A stretch of 64,000 bases of DNA from Geopsychrobacteraceae bacterium. Lineage in GTDB: Bacteria; Desulfobacterota; Desulfuromonadia; Desulfuromonadales; Geopsychrobacteraceae. The notes under the pieces were generated by a model. The model searched no databases. It was not told where the DNA came from and worked only from the letters and a program-made list of their open reading frames with translations. The DNA is taken from positions 1,056,001 through 1,120,000 of the forward strand of contig CAXXTB010000001.1 in assembly GCA_963676795.2 (NCBI GenBank), read 5' to 3'. This document shows, in pieces, positions 32,250 to 43,018 of the stretch; the first letter of the stretch is position 1; every line of letters starts with the position of its first letter. The translations under genes and the position numbers were made by a program.

Positions 32250-32948
32250 TTACTGGCGTCTGTCCGGCTTCCAGCCGGAGAAGATCGAACTGACCTCGCC
32301 CGACTTCGATTTGAAGTCGAACAGGACGACGCTGTAGATGTGGTTGATGACAAAACCGGCGATCAGGAACATCAGGATATAGTGGTAGAAGCGGATCCAC
32401 TGGTTGCTGATCAGCGGAAAGATCCAGCCGGTGAGGGCGTAGAGAACGCCGTTCGGGTTGGCCTGCCCCCAGAGTGCGAAGCCGCTGAAGATCTGCAGGA
32501 AGAACAGACCGAACAGCACCGTGTAGGCGACAAAGGCGACCGGGTTGTGGCCGAGGATATGCGGGGTATCCTTACCGAGGAAGGTGTAGTACTTGATGAA
32601 GGTGAAGAAGGTGTCGCGATCCTTCTTGTTGAGCGGGTTCGGGCTGGCCTTGTAGGTGGCGTAGTAGTCGCCGGTCAGCCACCAGAACAGCCGGCCGAGG
32701 ACACTGACGGTAAAGAGCACGCCGATGATGTAGTGGACGGTGCGCACTTCGCCCATCAGGTAGCTGTGGCGGCCGGCGACGATGAAGGGATCGTGGATGT
32801 AGTAGCCGGTCGCCGAGAGGATGATGATGCAGAAGAAGTTAACCCAGTGAATGATCCGGATCGGGCCTTCCCAGATATAGAGAAAACGCCGCGCCGCACA
32901 TTCGTAGGTCGGTTCCGATTGACTTTTGGGCACTGTTTTTTCAGCCAT
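32250..32948 (-). CDS. hyaC: Ni/Fe-hydrogenase b-type cytochrome subunit
   Basis: YIWEGPIRIIHWVN, VRTVHY, GHNP, RFYHY..HIY heme-ligand His. Confidence 0.92.
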   Translation of the reverse strand: MAEKTVPKSQSEPTYECAARRFLYIWEGPIRIIHWVNFFCIIILSATGYYIHDPFIVAGRHSYLMGEVRTVHYIIGVLFTVSVLGRLFWWLTGDYYATYKASPNPLNKKDRDTFFTFIKYYTFLGKDTPHILGHNPVAFVAYTVLFGLFFLQIFSGFALWGQANPNGVLYALTGWIFPLISNQWIRFYHYILMFLIAGFVINHIYSVVLFDFKSKSGEVSSIFSGWKPDRRQ

Positions 32949-32965
32949 CGTCCATCTCCTTCAAA

Positions 32966-34678
32966 CTAGAGAATCTTCGCCTTTGATCTCAAGCGGCCCT
33001 TGTCGTCATAGAGGTGTACGGCGCAGGCCAGGCAGGGGTCGAAGGAATGCATGGTGCGCAGAATCTCCAGCGGCCGTTCCGGATCGGCGATCGGCGTCCC
33101 GATCAGCGACTCTTCGTACTGGCCGCGGGTCCCGCTCGCATCGCGCGGCCCGGCATTCCAGGTGGAAGGCACGACCGCCTGGTAGTTCTTGATATTCTTG
33201 TCCTCGATGACGATCCAGTGCCCCAGGGCGCCGCGTGGTGCTTCGTGGAAGCCGTACCCCTTGGCATATTTCGGCCAGGTTGAAGGTTCCCACTTCTCAC
33301 CGTTGTGGGCGCTTAAATCGCCGGTCTTGATGTTGGCCACCAGCATGTCGAGCCACTGGAACGTTTTGTCGATCAAGAGCTGGGTCTCAATGGCACGCGC
33401 GGCGGTGCGGCCGAGGGTTGAGAACAATACCTCCGGTCCTACGCCCAGGGCTTGCAGCAGGCCGCCGACCGCCGGTTTGATCTCCTTGTGATCGCTGGCG
33501 TAGCCGATCAGCATGCGCGACAGCGGACCGACCTCCATCGCCTGATTGTCGTAGCGCGGCGACTTGATCCAGCTGTACTTGTTGTCGATATCGAGATACT
33601 CATAGGGCGGTTGCGGGCCGGTGTAGTTCCAGGCGGTTTCGCCGTCCCAGGGATGCTTGCTGCTGTCGTTGCCGCTGGCGTAGTCGTACCAGGAATGGGT
33701 GACATACTCGGTGACCTTCTCATGGCTGACCGGGTGGATCTTGCTCAGGTCGCCACCCAGGATGACGCCGGCCGGGAACCAGGAGCCTTCGGGATAGCCG
33801 CGCTGATCGTCAGGGTAGTCGCCGTAGGAGAGGTAGTTCTTGTGGCCGGTGCCGATGGCCGCCCAGTCGAGGTAGAAGGGCGCGACGGCGATGATGTCGG
33901 GGATGTAGACCCTGTCGATAAATTCCTTGGCCATCTGCAGGTACTTGCGGATCTGCGCAATCCGGTCGGCGTTGAGGGCATTCTGGCTGTTCGGATCGAT
34001 CGGTACCGCCATGCCGCCGACCAGGAAGGTCTGGGTGTGCGGGTTTTTCGAACCTAAGATCGCATGGATTTTGACCAGCTCCTTCTGGACCTCCAGCGCT
34101 TCCAGGTAGTGGGCGACGGCCATCAGGTTGGCCTCTGGCGGCAGTTTCATCGCCGGGTGCCCCCAGTAGCCGTTGGCAAAGGGGCCGAGCTTGCCGGTCT
34201 TGACGAAGCTGGCGACGCGCTTCTGTATTCCGGCGAAGTAATCCGCGCCGGAGAATTTCCAGTCCGAAATCGCCCCTTGCAGCGCCGCGGTTTTGACCGG
34301 GTCGGCTTCAAGGGCGGAGACGATATCGACCCAGTCGAGGGCATGCAGGTGGTAGAAGTGAACGATATGGTCATGGATACACTGGACGCTGGCGATGATG
34401 TTGCGGATCATCTCGGCATTGAACGGAATCTTGATCTGCAGGGCGTTTTCGACGGCGCGGATCGAGGCGAGCGAATGGACCGTGGTACAGACCCCGCAGA
34501 AGCGTTGGACAAAGTACCAGGCGTCACGCGGATCACGGTTCTGCAGGATCCGTTCGATGCCGCGGAACATGGTCGAGCTCGACCAGGCATCGACGATATG
34601 GCCGTTCTCTATCCTGGCCTCGATGCGCAGGTGCCCTTCGATGCGGGTGACGGGATCAACAACGATACGTTTCGACAT
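32966..34678 (-). CDS. hyaB: Group 1 [NiFe]-hydrogenase large subunit
   Basis: DPVTRIEGH, L1 QRFCGVCTTVH, L2 SFDPCLACAVH plus cleavable C-terminal tail. Confidence 0.96.
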   Translation of the reverse strand: MSKRIVVDPVTRIEGHLRIEARIENGHIVDAWSSSTMFRGIERILQNRDPRDAWYFVQRFCGVCTTVHSLASIRAVENALQIKIPFNAEMIRNIIASVQCIHDHIVHFYHLHALDWVDIVSALEADPVKTAALQGAISDWKFSGADYFAGIQKRVASFVKTGKLGPFANGYWGHPAMKLPPEANLMAVAHYLEALEVQKELVKIHAILGSKNPHTQTFLVGGMAVPIDPNSQNALNADRIAQIRKYLQMAKEFIDRVYIPDIIAVAPFYLDWAAIGTGHKNYLSYGDYPDDQRGYPEGSWFPAGVILGGDLSKIHPVSHEKVTEYVTHSWYDYASGNDSSKHPWDGETAWNYTGPQPPYEYLDIDNKYSWIKSPRYDNQAMEVGPLSRMLIGYASDHKEIKPAVGGLLQALGVGPEVLFSTLGRTAARAIETQLLIDKTFQWLDMLVANIKTGDLSAHNGEKWEPSTWPKYAKGYGFHEAPRGALGHWIVIEDKNIKNYQAVVPSTWNAGPRDASGTRGQYEESLIGTPIADPERPLEILRTMHSFDPCLACAVHLYDDKGRLRSKAKIL

Positions 34679-34692
34679 ATGAGGTTCCCTCC

Positions 34693-35808
34693 CTATTCGT
34701 CAGCTTGCTCACTGGTTTCAGCGATATCGCGTGATTCCTTGCGTGCTTTCTGGGTTTTTTTCCAGTTTCTGGCCACGGTGACCACTCCGTGGGTGCCGAA
34801 GATCGCCGCCGAGGCGATGACCACGCCGGCACCGATGTTGGTGGCGGTCGCTTCGACACCGAAGCCCGGAACATTCGGCAGACGTTTGTACATCGGCATC
34901 ATGGTGTCGAAAAAACCCGGCTCGCTGCAGCCGGCGCAGCCGTGCCCTGCCATGACCGGCCAGCTGGTGCCGCCGTTCCAGCGTGTGGTCGGGCAGTTGT
35001 GGAAGGTTTCCGGGCCTTTGCAGCCCATCTGGTAAAGGCACCACCCCTGTTTGTGGGCTTCGTCGCCCCATTCCCTGACATACTGGCCGGCGTCGAAGTG
35101 GGCACGCCGTTCGCAGTTGTCGTGGATCCGTTTGCCGTAGGCGAATTTGGGGCGGCCGAGGTTGTCAAGGGCGGGAGGCGCGCCGAAGGTCAGCAGGTGA
35201 ACAATGGTCGCTGTCAGGTTGTCGACATTCATCGGGCAGCCGGGCAGATTAATGACGGTCTTTCCACCGAGGATGTCGCTGACCGAGGCCGCGTCGGTCG
35301 GGTTCGGGTAGGCGGCCGGTATCCCACCATAGGAGGCACAGGTCCCGACAGCAATGACCGCGGCGGCATGGCCGCCGACCTCTCTGGTGATATCGAGTGC
35401 CGAGCGGCCGCCAACGGTGCAGAAGGCGCCACCGGCTCCGGTCGGGATCGAGCCTTCGATGATGCAGATATATTTGCCCTTGTAGTGTTCCAGGGTTGCC
35501 TGCATGCTCGCCTCGGCCTGGTGGCCTGACGCCGCCATGATGGTCTCCTGGTAGTCGAGAGAGATATAGTCGAAGATCAGATCGGCTACGGTCGGACTGT
35601 TGGCGCGCAGCAGCGATTCCGAATCGCCGGCACAATCCTGGAATTCCAGCCAGATGACCGGCGGCCGATTGTCATCTTCGATGGCAGCTGCTATCTTTGC
35701 GGAAAAGGTCCCGGGCAGGGCGAGCATGGCACCGAGAGCCGAGCAGTACTTGAGGAAGTCTCTGCGTGACACGCCGTTGTTGGAGAGGATCTCATTGAAC
35801 TCGGTCAT
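34693..35808 (-). CDS. hyaA: Group 1 [NiFe]-hydrogenase small subunit (Tat-exported, C-terminal anchor)
   Basis: SRRDFLK Tat motif, CAGD/GTCA/PGCP proximal ligands, HDNC..C..C distal, C-terminal TM helix. Confidence 0.96.
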   Translation of the reverse strand: MTEFNEILSNNGVSRRDFLKYCSALGAMLALPGTFSAKIAAAIEDDNRPPVIWLEFQDCAGDSESLLRANSPTVADLIFDYISLDYQETIMAASGHQAEASMQATLEHYKGKYICIIEGSIPTGAGGAFCTVGGRSALDITREVGGHAAAVIAVGTCASYGGIPAAYPNPTDAASVSDILGGKTVINLPGCPMNVDNLTATIVHLLTFGAPPALDNLGRPKFAYGKRIHDNCERRAHFDAGQYVREWGDEAHKQGWCLYQMGCKGPETFHNCPTTRWNGGTSWPVMAGHGCAGCSEPGFFDTMMPMYKRLPNVPGFGVEATATNIGAGVVIASAAIFGTHGVVTVARNWKKTQKARKESRDIAETSEQADE

Positions 35809-35844
35809 CTGTTCCTCCTTGACGCAAATTGATGGGCTTATAAA

Positions 35845-35872
35845 AATTTATCAGAATACTTTGCTATGTCAA
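35845..35872 (-). promoter_or_regulatory. Putative sigma70 promoter of hydrogenase operon
   Basis: Minus strand TTGACA-16 nt-TAAATT upstream of the AGGAGG RBS. Confidence 0.45.
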
Positions 35873-35904
35873 ATAAGTGCGCAATAACAGGAGGTTGTGT
35901 GCAT

Positions 35905-36144
35905 ATGCCGATAAGGTTTCTGGGTGTTTTCGTATTGCTGGCCCTGACCGCCTGTGACCAACCGGTTCCGCTTCTCGAACATAAATGCGGATCATGTCAT
36001 ACGACAAAGCAGATCTTCAGCCAGCGGCGTACTCCGGAGGGGTGGCGACAGGTTATTCACGGTATGAAACTGCGCGGTCTTAAGTTGACTGCCGAAGAGG
36101 AAGAGCAGATATTGAAGATTCTCGATGAGAACTATGGATTGTAA
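35905..36144 (+). CDS. Small monoheme c-type cytochrome, probable lipoprotein
   Basis: LALTA-C lipobox, CGSCH heme motif, W...I..M distal Met pattern. Confidence 0.8.
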   Translation: MPIRFLGVFVLLALTACDQPVPLLEHKCGSCHTTKQIFSQRRTPEGWRQVIHGMKLRGLKLTAEEEEQILKILDENYGL

Positions 36145-36181
36145 TTTCTCTTATGATTGAACCTGAAAATCAGGAGCACTG

Positions 36182-37114
36182 ATGAGCGGACTTGCGGATA
36201 TTTTAGCTGAACAGCCATGCGTTATTCTGGACGGAGCTTTTGCCACTGAGCTGGAAAAGCGGGGCTGCGACCTGAACGACCCCCTCTGGTCGGCCAAGGT
36301 GCTGATGGAGCAGCCGGAACTGATCGCCGCTGTGCATCAGGATTATTTCAATGCCGGGGCCGACTGCACCATCACTGCCAGCTATCAGGCGACCTACGAA
36401 GGGTTTATGGCGCGTGGCCTGAGTGAAGCTGAGGCGGAAGCTCTCATTGTCCGGGCTGTCAGCGTCGCCTGCCAGGCACGCGATGACTTCTGGCAAACGG
36501 CCGATCAGACTGGTAGACGGCGTCCTCTGGTTGCGGCCTCGGTCGGACCCTACGGGGCCTTTCTCGCCGATGGTTCGGAGTATCGCGGCAACTATGCGCT
36601 GAATGAAGACCAGCTGGTCGAATTTCACCGCCGGCGCTTCATGACCCTCGCCACAGCCGGGGCTGATCTGCTCGCCTGCGAGACGATCCCCTGTTTTGCA
36701 GAGGCCAGGGCTCTGGCCCGTCTCTTGAGCGAAGTTCCCCAAGCCAGCGCCTGGATCAGCTTTACCGCCAGGGACGGACTGCACACCCGCCAGGGGGAGA
36801 AGATCCGCGACTGTTCCGCCTGGCTGGATGGTTATGAGCAGGTCGAGGCGATCGGCATCAACTGTACCGAGCCGCGCTATGTCAGTGAATTGATCAGTGA
36901 GATCCGTGCTGCGACGCAGAAACCGATTGTCGTTTACCCCAATTCCGGTGAGATCTACGATCCTGTAGGCAAGAGCTGGTTTGCCGCACCGGCTGAAAAT
37001 TTCGCCATGATGGCCAGGGAATGGTTTGCCGCCGGAGCTCGTATCATCGGCGGTTGCTGTCGAACCGGTCCGAATGAGATTCGCGCAATTAGGCACGAAC
37101 TGGTTTCTGGCTAG
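36182..37114 (+). CDS. mmuM: Homocysteine S-methyltransferase
   Basis: LDGAFATELE, PLWSAK, SVGPYGAFLADGSEY, GINC, YPNSGE, IGGCCR Zn ligands. Confidence 0.93.
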   Translation: MSGLADILAEQPCVILDGAFATELEKRGCDLNDPLWSAKVLMEQPELIAAVHQDYFNAGADCTITASYQATYEGFMARGLSEAEAEALIVRAVSVACQARDDFWQTADQTGRRRPLVAASVGPYGAFLADGSEYRGNYALNEDQLVEFHRRRFMTLATAGADLLACETIPCFAEARALARLLSEVPQASAWISFTARDGLHTRQGEKIRDCSAWLDGYEQVEAIGINCTEPRYVSELISEIRAATQKPIVVYPNSGEIYDPVGKSWFAAPAENFAMMAREWFAAGARIIGGCCRTGPNEIRAIRHELVSG

Positions 37115-37147
37115 GAGTTACTTTTTATACGGAAACGGCTCTCTAAG

Positions 37148-37204
37148 CCCCCCCCTGCTCGCAAGCTCGCTTTCCCCCTGTTTTATAGGGGGGATTGAGG
37201 GGGG
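37148..37204. repeat. C-run/G-run palindromic (REP-like) element
   Basis: C8 run, TCCCCCT-GTTTTAT-AGGGGGGA hairpin, G6 run in a convergent intergenic region. Confidence 0.4.
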
Positions 37205-37232
37205 TGTTTTGAAAAGCCTGTGATTTAAACAC

Positions 37233-37267
37233 AAAAAGGCTGCGTCATGCACCGACGCAGCCTTTTT
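37233..37267. terminator. Bidirectional terminator between mmuM and MFS
   Basis: AAAAAGGCTGCGTC-ATGCACC-GACGCAGCCTTTTT. Confidence 0.8.
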
Positions 37268-37293
37268 GCATTCAAGCTCTTAATTGGGGACGA

Positions 37294-38640
37294 TTAAGCC
37301 GCTTTTTTCATCTCGTAAGTGGTTTCTGCGTCCGCACCTTTGAGTCCGGCGTTCCAGTCTTTGTTGTACTTGTGCTCGTTGACGATGGAGACCAGAGCGA
37401 CATTCACCAGGGCGACGCCGGCAAAGATCATGTAGGCGACGGAGAGGTTGCCGATGACGTTGGTGACGATGCCGTTGACGATGAAGCAGAGGGCGGTGAC
37501 CAGGCCCTGCATCGGGAAGATAACGGCGTTGACCTGGTCAAATCCCTGACGACCGAAGATCGAGGTTGGCAGAGAGGTGGTGAAGTTGGCCGAGCCACCG
37601 ATCCCCATACCGATCATGAAGATGGAGAGGTAGAAAGCGGGGCCGGTTGATGAGGACATGAAGTTCAGGGTCAGGGCCACGGCGTACCAGAGGCCGAACA
37701 GCTGCATGGTGCGCTTGGTGCCGATGCGGTCGTCGATGATGCCGATCAGCCAGGAGCCGACAACGCCGATCAGGGCGATAACGGTCATCAGGGCGAGCGC
37801 TTTACCGAGCGGCATGCCGAAGTCACGGATGTTACGGGTGACCAGCTGAACCATGACACCAACAGAACAGATCTGGAATGCGCCGGTGGTAATTGCGGCC
37901 AGCCAGGTTTCACGTTTGCTCAGCAGTTTACCAACGGTCCATTCATTAGAAGGCTTGGTTCCCGGCTCACAGTGAGTGTCATCACAGTAGTACTCAGTAC
38001 GGTAGGTTTCGTCAGAAACATTGTCCGGATTCATGCCACGCTCAACCGGGGTATTGCGGACGAAGATGGCACCGATGACGCCAAGGATGATGGCTGCGAT
38101 ACCGATTGGCACACTACCGCCGGTGATGTTGCCGAAGGTGGCGACCAGGCCAGTCAGGATGGCGACGTAAAAGGCGGATGCCAGGTTGTGACCCATGGTG
38201 GTATAGCCCATGACGATTCCCTTCTTTTTCGGGAACCAGGAAGCAACCAGGGTGCCGCCGGAGATATAGCCTGCTGACATGATACCGGTGACGACGACGC
38301 ACATGAACGCGAAATACATGCCAACACTTACCGCGTTGGCGCAGGCAATGTAGGCGATACCGGAGATGATTGTGGCGATGGAAGAGGTTGCGCGAGGGCC
38401 GAATTTGCGGTTGAGCTGGCCGACAATGATAAAGCCGATGACGCCGACGATACCGGCATAGCCGTTCATCTGGATGATGGTACCCAGGTTGACGCCGAGA
38501 TTTTCAGCGACGGTCGGTGCCATGACGTTGGTTCCGTCATTGACCATACCGACATAAAAGAAAAACATGAACAGGCAGTAGATGATGGTGCCCCAGCCTG
38601 CCTTGCCAAAGTTGAATACCGAATTCTTCTGTTTACTCAT
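37294..38640 (-). CDS. MFS transporter
   Basis: ~12 TM helices, G.LNRKFGPR motif A, WFPKKKG, IDDRIGTKR. Confidence 0.88.
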   Translation of the reverse strand: MSKQKNSVFNFGKAGWGTIIYCLFMFFFYVGMVNDGTNVMAPTVAENLGVNLGTIIQMNGYAGIVGVIGFIIVGQLNRKFGPRATSSIATIISGIAYIACANAVSVGMYFAFMCVVVTGIMSAGYISGGTLVASWFPKKKGIVMGYTTMGHNLASAFYVAILTGLVATFGNITGGSVPIGIAAIILGVIGAIFVRNTPVERGMNPDNVSDETYRTEYYCDDTHCEPGTKPSNEWTVGKLLSKRETWLAAITTGAFQICSVGVMVQLVTRNIRDFGMPLGKALALMTVIALIGVVGSWLIGIIDDRIGTKRTMQLFGLWYAVALTLNFMSSSTGPAFYLSIFMIGMGIGGSANFTTSLPTSIFGRQGFDQVNAVIFPMQGLVTALCFIVNGIVTNVIGNLSVAYMIFAGVALVNVALVSIVNEHKYNKDWNAGLKGADAETTYEMKKAA

Positions 38641-39112
38641 ACCTTCTCCTTTTTGTTAGCTCTAAACGTTCCGGTTGCTTTGGGACCGTTGCGAACATCT
38701 ATTCAGGGTCCTGTCTCCCTTGACCGCACCTCCCTTTTGCCGGTGAAGAGGAAAGAGGTACCTTGCGTAGTCCTGAGTGTCTTATTCGCGGTTTGTTCGT
38801 TGTGCCTTTGTACAGTGCTCAGGTAAAGGACGTTTGTGCCTATGTAAAGGCGAGGTAAATGTTTTGAAAATGCGTCTTATGGATTGTTAAGGTGACGGAA
38901 AATAGGCTGTTTTGAGTCAGGTCTTCCCCATGGGCCGGTCGAACTTGGAACCTTTGAGATTGAAGGTCGCCATGTTTTTGAGAACAAGGCAAGGGCTTGT
39001 CTGCGGGCTGATAACCTTTTCAGCCGGTCGATTTCCCGAAAGGGGGAGTGTTGCCGGTGCTCAGGCGGCCCGCTATGGCGTAGAGCATTAACAGGATAGT
39101 GAATTTGGAAAC

Positions 39113-39148
39113 AGCGAACGGATCGGCAATTCTGTCGATCCGTTCGCT
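39113..39148 (-). terminator. Hairpin 3' of acs
   Basis: AGCGAACGGATCG...CGATCCGTTCGCT. Confidence 0.6.
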
Positions 39149-39157
39149 CTATGTCAT

Positions 39158-41116
<1,959 letters not shown>

Positions 41117-41236
41117 GGTCTGCCTCCGATAAAAAGGGGAGTTTTGCGGTCATGATTATCTGTTGATTTATATCATGCCGCATAAATATTTCAATCAACT
41201 TGAGGTCGGTCCGCAATAGTGGACACCATGTTATAG

Positions 41237-42109
41237 TCAGGCAGCCCCTTGCTGCCTGATGAATTTCTTCCAGTATGCCGCCGGGGAGAGATTGCCCAAG
41301 CTGGCATGTCGTCTCTGCCGATTGTAGAACATCTCGATATACTCTCTGATCTCAATGACAGCTTGCTGCCGGGTGCGATACTTCCGGTGGTGGACCAGTT
41401 CCCGTTTGAGCGTGCCGAAGAAGCTCTCCATCGAGGCGTTGTCCCAGCAGTTCCCCTTGCGGCTCATCGACGGCTTCATCTCGAATTGCTTCATCAGCTT
41501 CTGGTAGCGGCGCGAGCAATACTGGCTGCCGCGATCCGAATGGTGGATCAACCCTTTCGGTGGCCGCCGGGCAGCAACGGCGCGGAAGAGGGCGCGGCCA
41601 ACCAGGTCTTGCGTCATCCTATGGCTCATGGCGTAGCCGACGATTTCCCGGTTCCAGAGGTCCTTGATCGCCGCCAGGTAAAGCCAGCCTTCTTCGGTGG
41701 CGACATAGGTGATATCCGCCACCCAGGCCTTGTTCGGCCCTGATACTGCGAAATCCTGGTTCAGCAGATTCGGAGCAACCGGCAGCTTGTGGTTCGAGTC
41801 GGTGGTTGACTTGTACTTCTTAACCTGCTTGCATCGCAGGTCCATTTGGCGGCGCAGGCGCTTGATCCGGTTCAGCCCGACCTCGACCTTCTCGACGTCA
41901 AGCAGTTCATCCTGAATCTTCTCCGGCCCGTAGGCGCCTCGGCCCCGCTCATGGGCCGCCTTGATCGCCACTTTGAGTCGTTCGTCCTCCTGCTTGCGGG
42001 CTGACGGCTTGCGATTCTTCCAGGCATAGTAGCCGCTTTTCGATACGCCGAGTGTCCGGCACATCGGATCGACGGAGAAACCCTGCTCCTTGCGCAGCTC
42101 GTCGATCAT
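41237..42109 (-). CDS. IS3 OrfB DDE transposase
   Basis: WVADITY, HHSDRGSQY, GNCWDNASMESFF. Confidence 0.95.
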   Translation of the reverse strand: MIDELRKEQGFSVDPMCRTLGVSKSGYYAWKNRKPSARKQEDERLKVAIKAAHERGRGAYGPEKIQDELLDVEKVEVGLNRIKRLRRQMDLRCKQVKKYKSTTDSNHKLPVAPNLLNQDFAVSGPNKAWVADITYVATEEGWLYLAAIKDLWNREIVGYAMSHRMTQDLVGRALFRAVAARRPPKGLIHHSDRGSQYCSRRYQKLMKQFEMKPSMSRKGNCWDNASMESFFGTLKRELVHHRKYRTRQQAVIEIREYIEMFYNRQRRHASLGNLSPAAYWKKFIRQQGAA

Positions 42110-42414
42110 CGCGTACCTCCCCGCGGCTCCTTTGCAAGGTACGCCATAGCCTTTTTTAGGATTTCCTTCTCCAGCCGGGCTTCGGCCAGCTCTTTCCGCA
42201 ACCGGGAGACCTCGGCCTCCAACTCAGATACGTTATGGCTGCCGTGGGCCTTTAGGCCGGTGGTGCCATGCTTCTTGATCCAGTTGCGCAGCGTCTGCTG
42301 CGATACGCTCAAACGCCGCCCAACTTCGGCAACCGTCAAGCCGCCATCGATGACTAGGCTGACGGCCTCCTCCTTGAATTCCAATGTGAAAAACTGCCTC
42401 GGTATGCGTTCCAA
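42106..42414 (-). CDS. IS3 OrfA (HTH + leucine zipper)
   Basis: FTLEFKEEAV..VAEVGRRL..TLRNW; EVSRLRKEL...EILKKA. Confidence 0.93.
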   Translation of the reverse strand: MERIPRQFFTLEFKEEAVSLVIDGGLTVAEVGRRLSVSQQTLRNWIKKHGTTGLKAHGSHNVSELEAEVSRLRKELAEARLEKEILKKAMAYLAKEPRGGTR

Positions 42415-42754
42415 TGGACACCTCCTTGAGCCTCGCAGGCTATCAGATTGGTGTCCACTTTTTCCAGCCTACCTCAACTGGGGGTGGGGAGGGGTAGTTA
42501 ATTTGTCCTGTGCAGATAAGTCGACAAATGAAACGGTGTCACATGGCATGTTGGAGCAGATTTAGTTGTGGCTTGCACTGGGAGGAAGAATTGGTTATTT
42601 TTATAAGCAATTGAATTTAATGTATATTTCTTTTTTGGATGTTTTTTGAGGCTTTTGCCTGTCCTCTTTTTTTATGTATCTGTTTTTTAAGGTGGTTTCT
42701 GTTTTCTAATACGGTGTTTTTAATTGCTTGTCCAGACAAAGGAGTCAAGAAGTA

Positions 42755-42982
42755 ATGGATTCTCTGATTCAAGGTGTTGTGCTCATGATCATCGGTATGG
42801 CAACTGTCTTCGCGTTCCTTGTTTTGATGATCCTGGCCATAAACAGCTCAGCGGGATTTTTCCGCAAGTATGCTCACCTCTTTCCCGAAGAACATCCTGC
42901 AGTTCCTAAAAAAACGACCCTCACAAATCCGGATGTTGAAATTGCCGTGGCGTTGGCGGCCATCAGAGCCAAGCGCGGATAA
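42755..42982 (+). CDS. oadG: Oxaloacetate decarboxylase gamma subunit
   Basis: GVVLMIIGMATVFAFLVLMI TM helix, Pro linker, EIAVALAAI. Confidence 0.88.
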   Translation: MDSLIQGVVLMIIGMATVFAFLVLMILAINSSAGFFRKYAHLFPEEHPAVPKKTTLTNPDVEIAVALAAIRAKRG

Positions 42983-43018
42983 ATCTTTTTGTAACTCCCA
43001 CACCCCAGGAGGAAGACC

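Larger units (their letters stand above)
41201..42476 (-). mobile_element. IS3-family insertion sequence, apparently intact (1276 bp)
   Basis: TG...CA ends, imperfect 28-bp IRs (TGAGGT...AA.AGTGGACACCA), ACT direct repeat on both flanks, orfA+orfB. Confidence 0.95.

Noticed and set aside
32966..34678. Possible [NiFeSe] hydrogenase or other selenoprotein, prompted by the selenium-type LysR
   Set aside because: The L2 motif is DPCLAC with Cys codons, and I saw no convincing in-frame TGA readthrough in the window.
38641..39110. SAM or other riboswitch upstream of the MFS gene next to mmuM
   Set aside because: No recognisable riboswitch core on the minus strand by eye; an Rfam scan would be needed.
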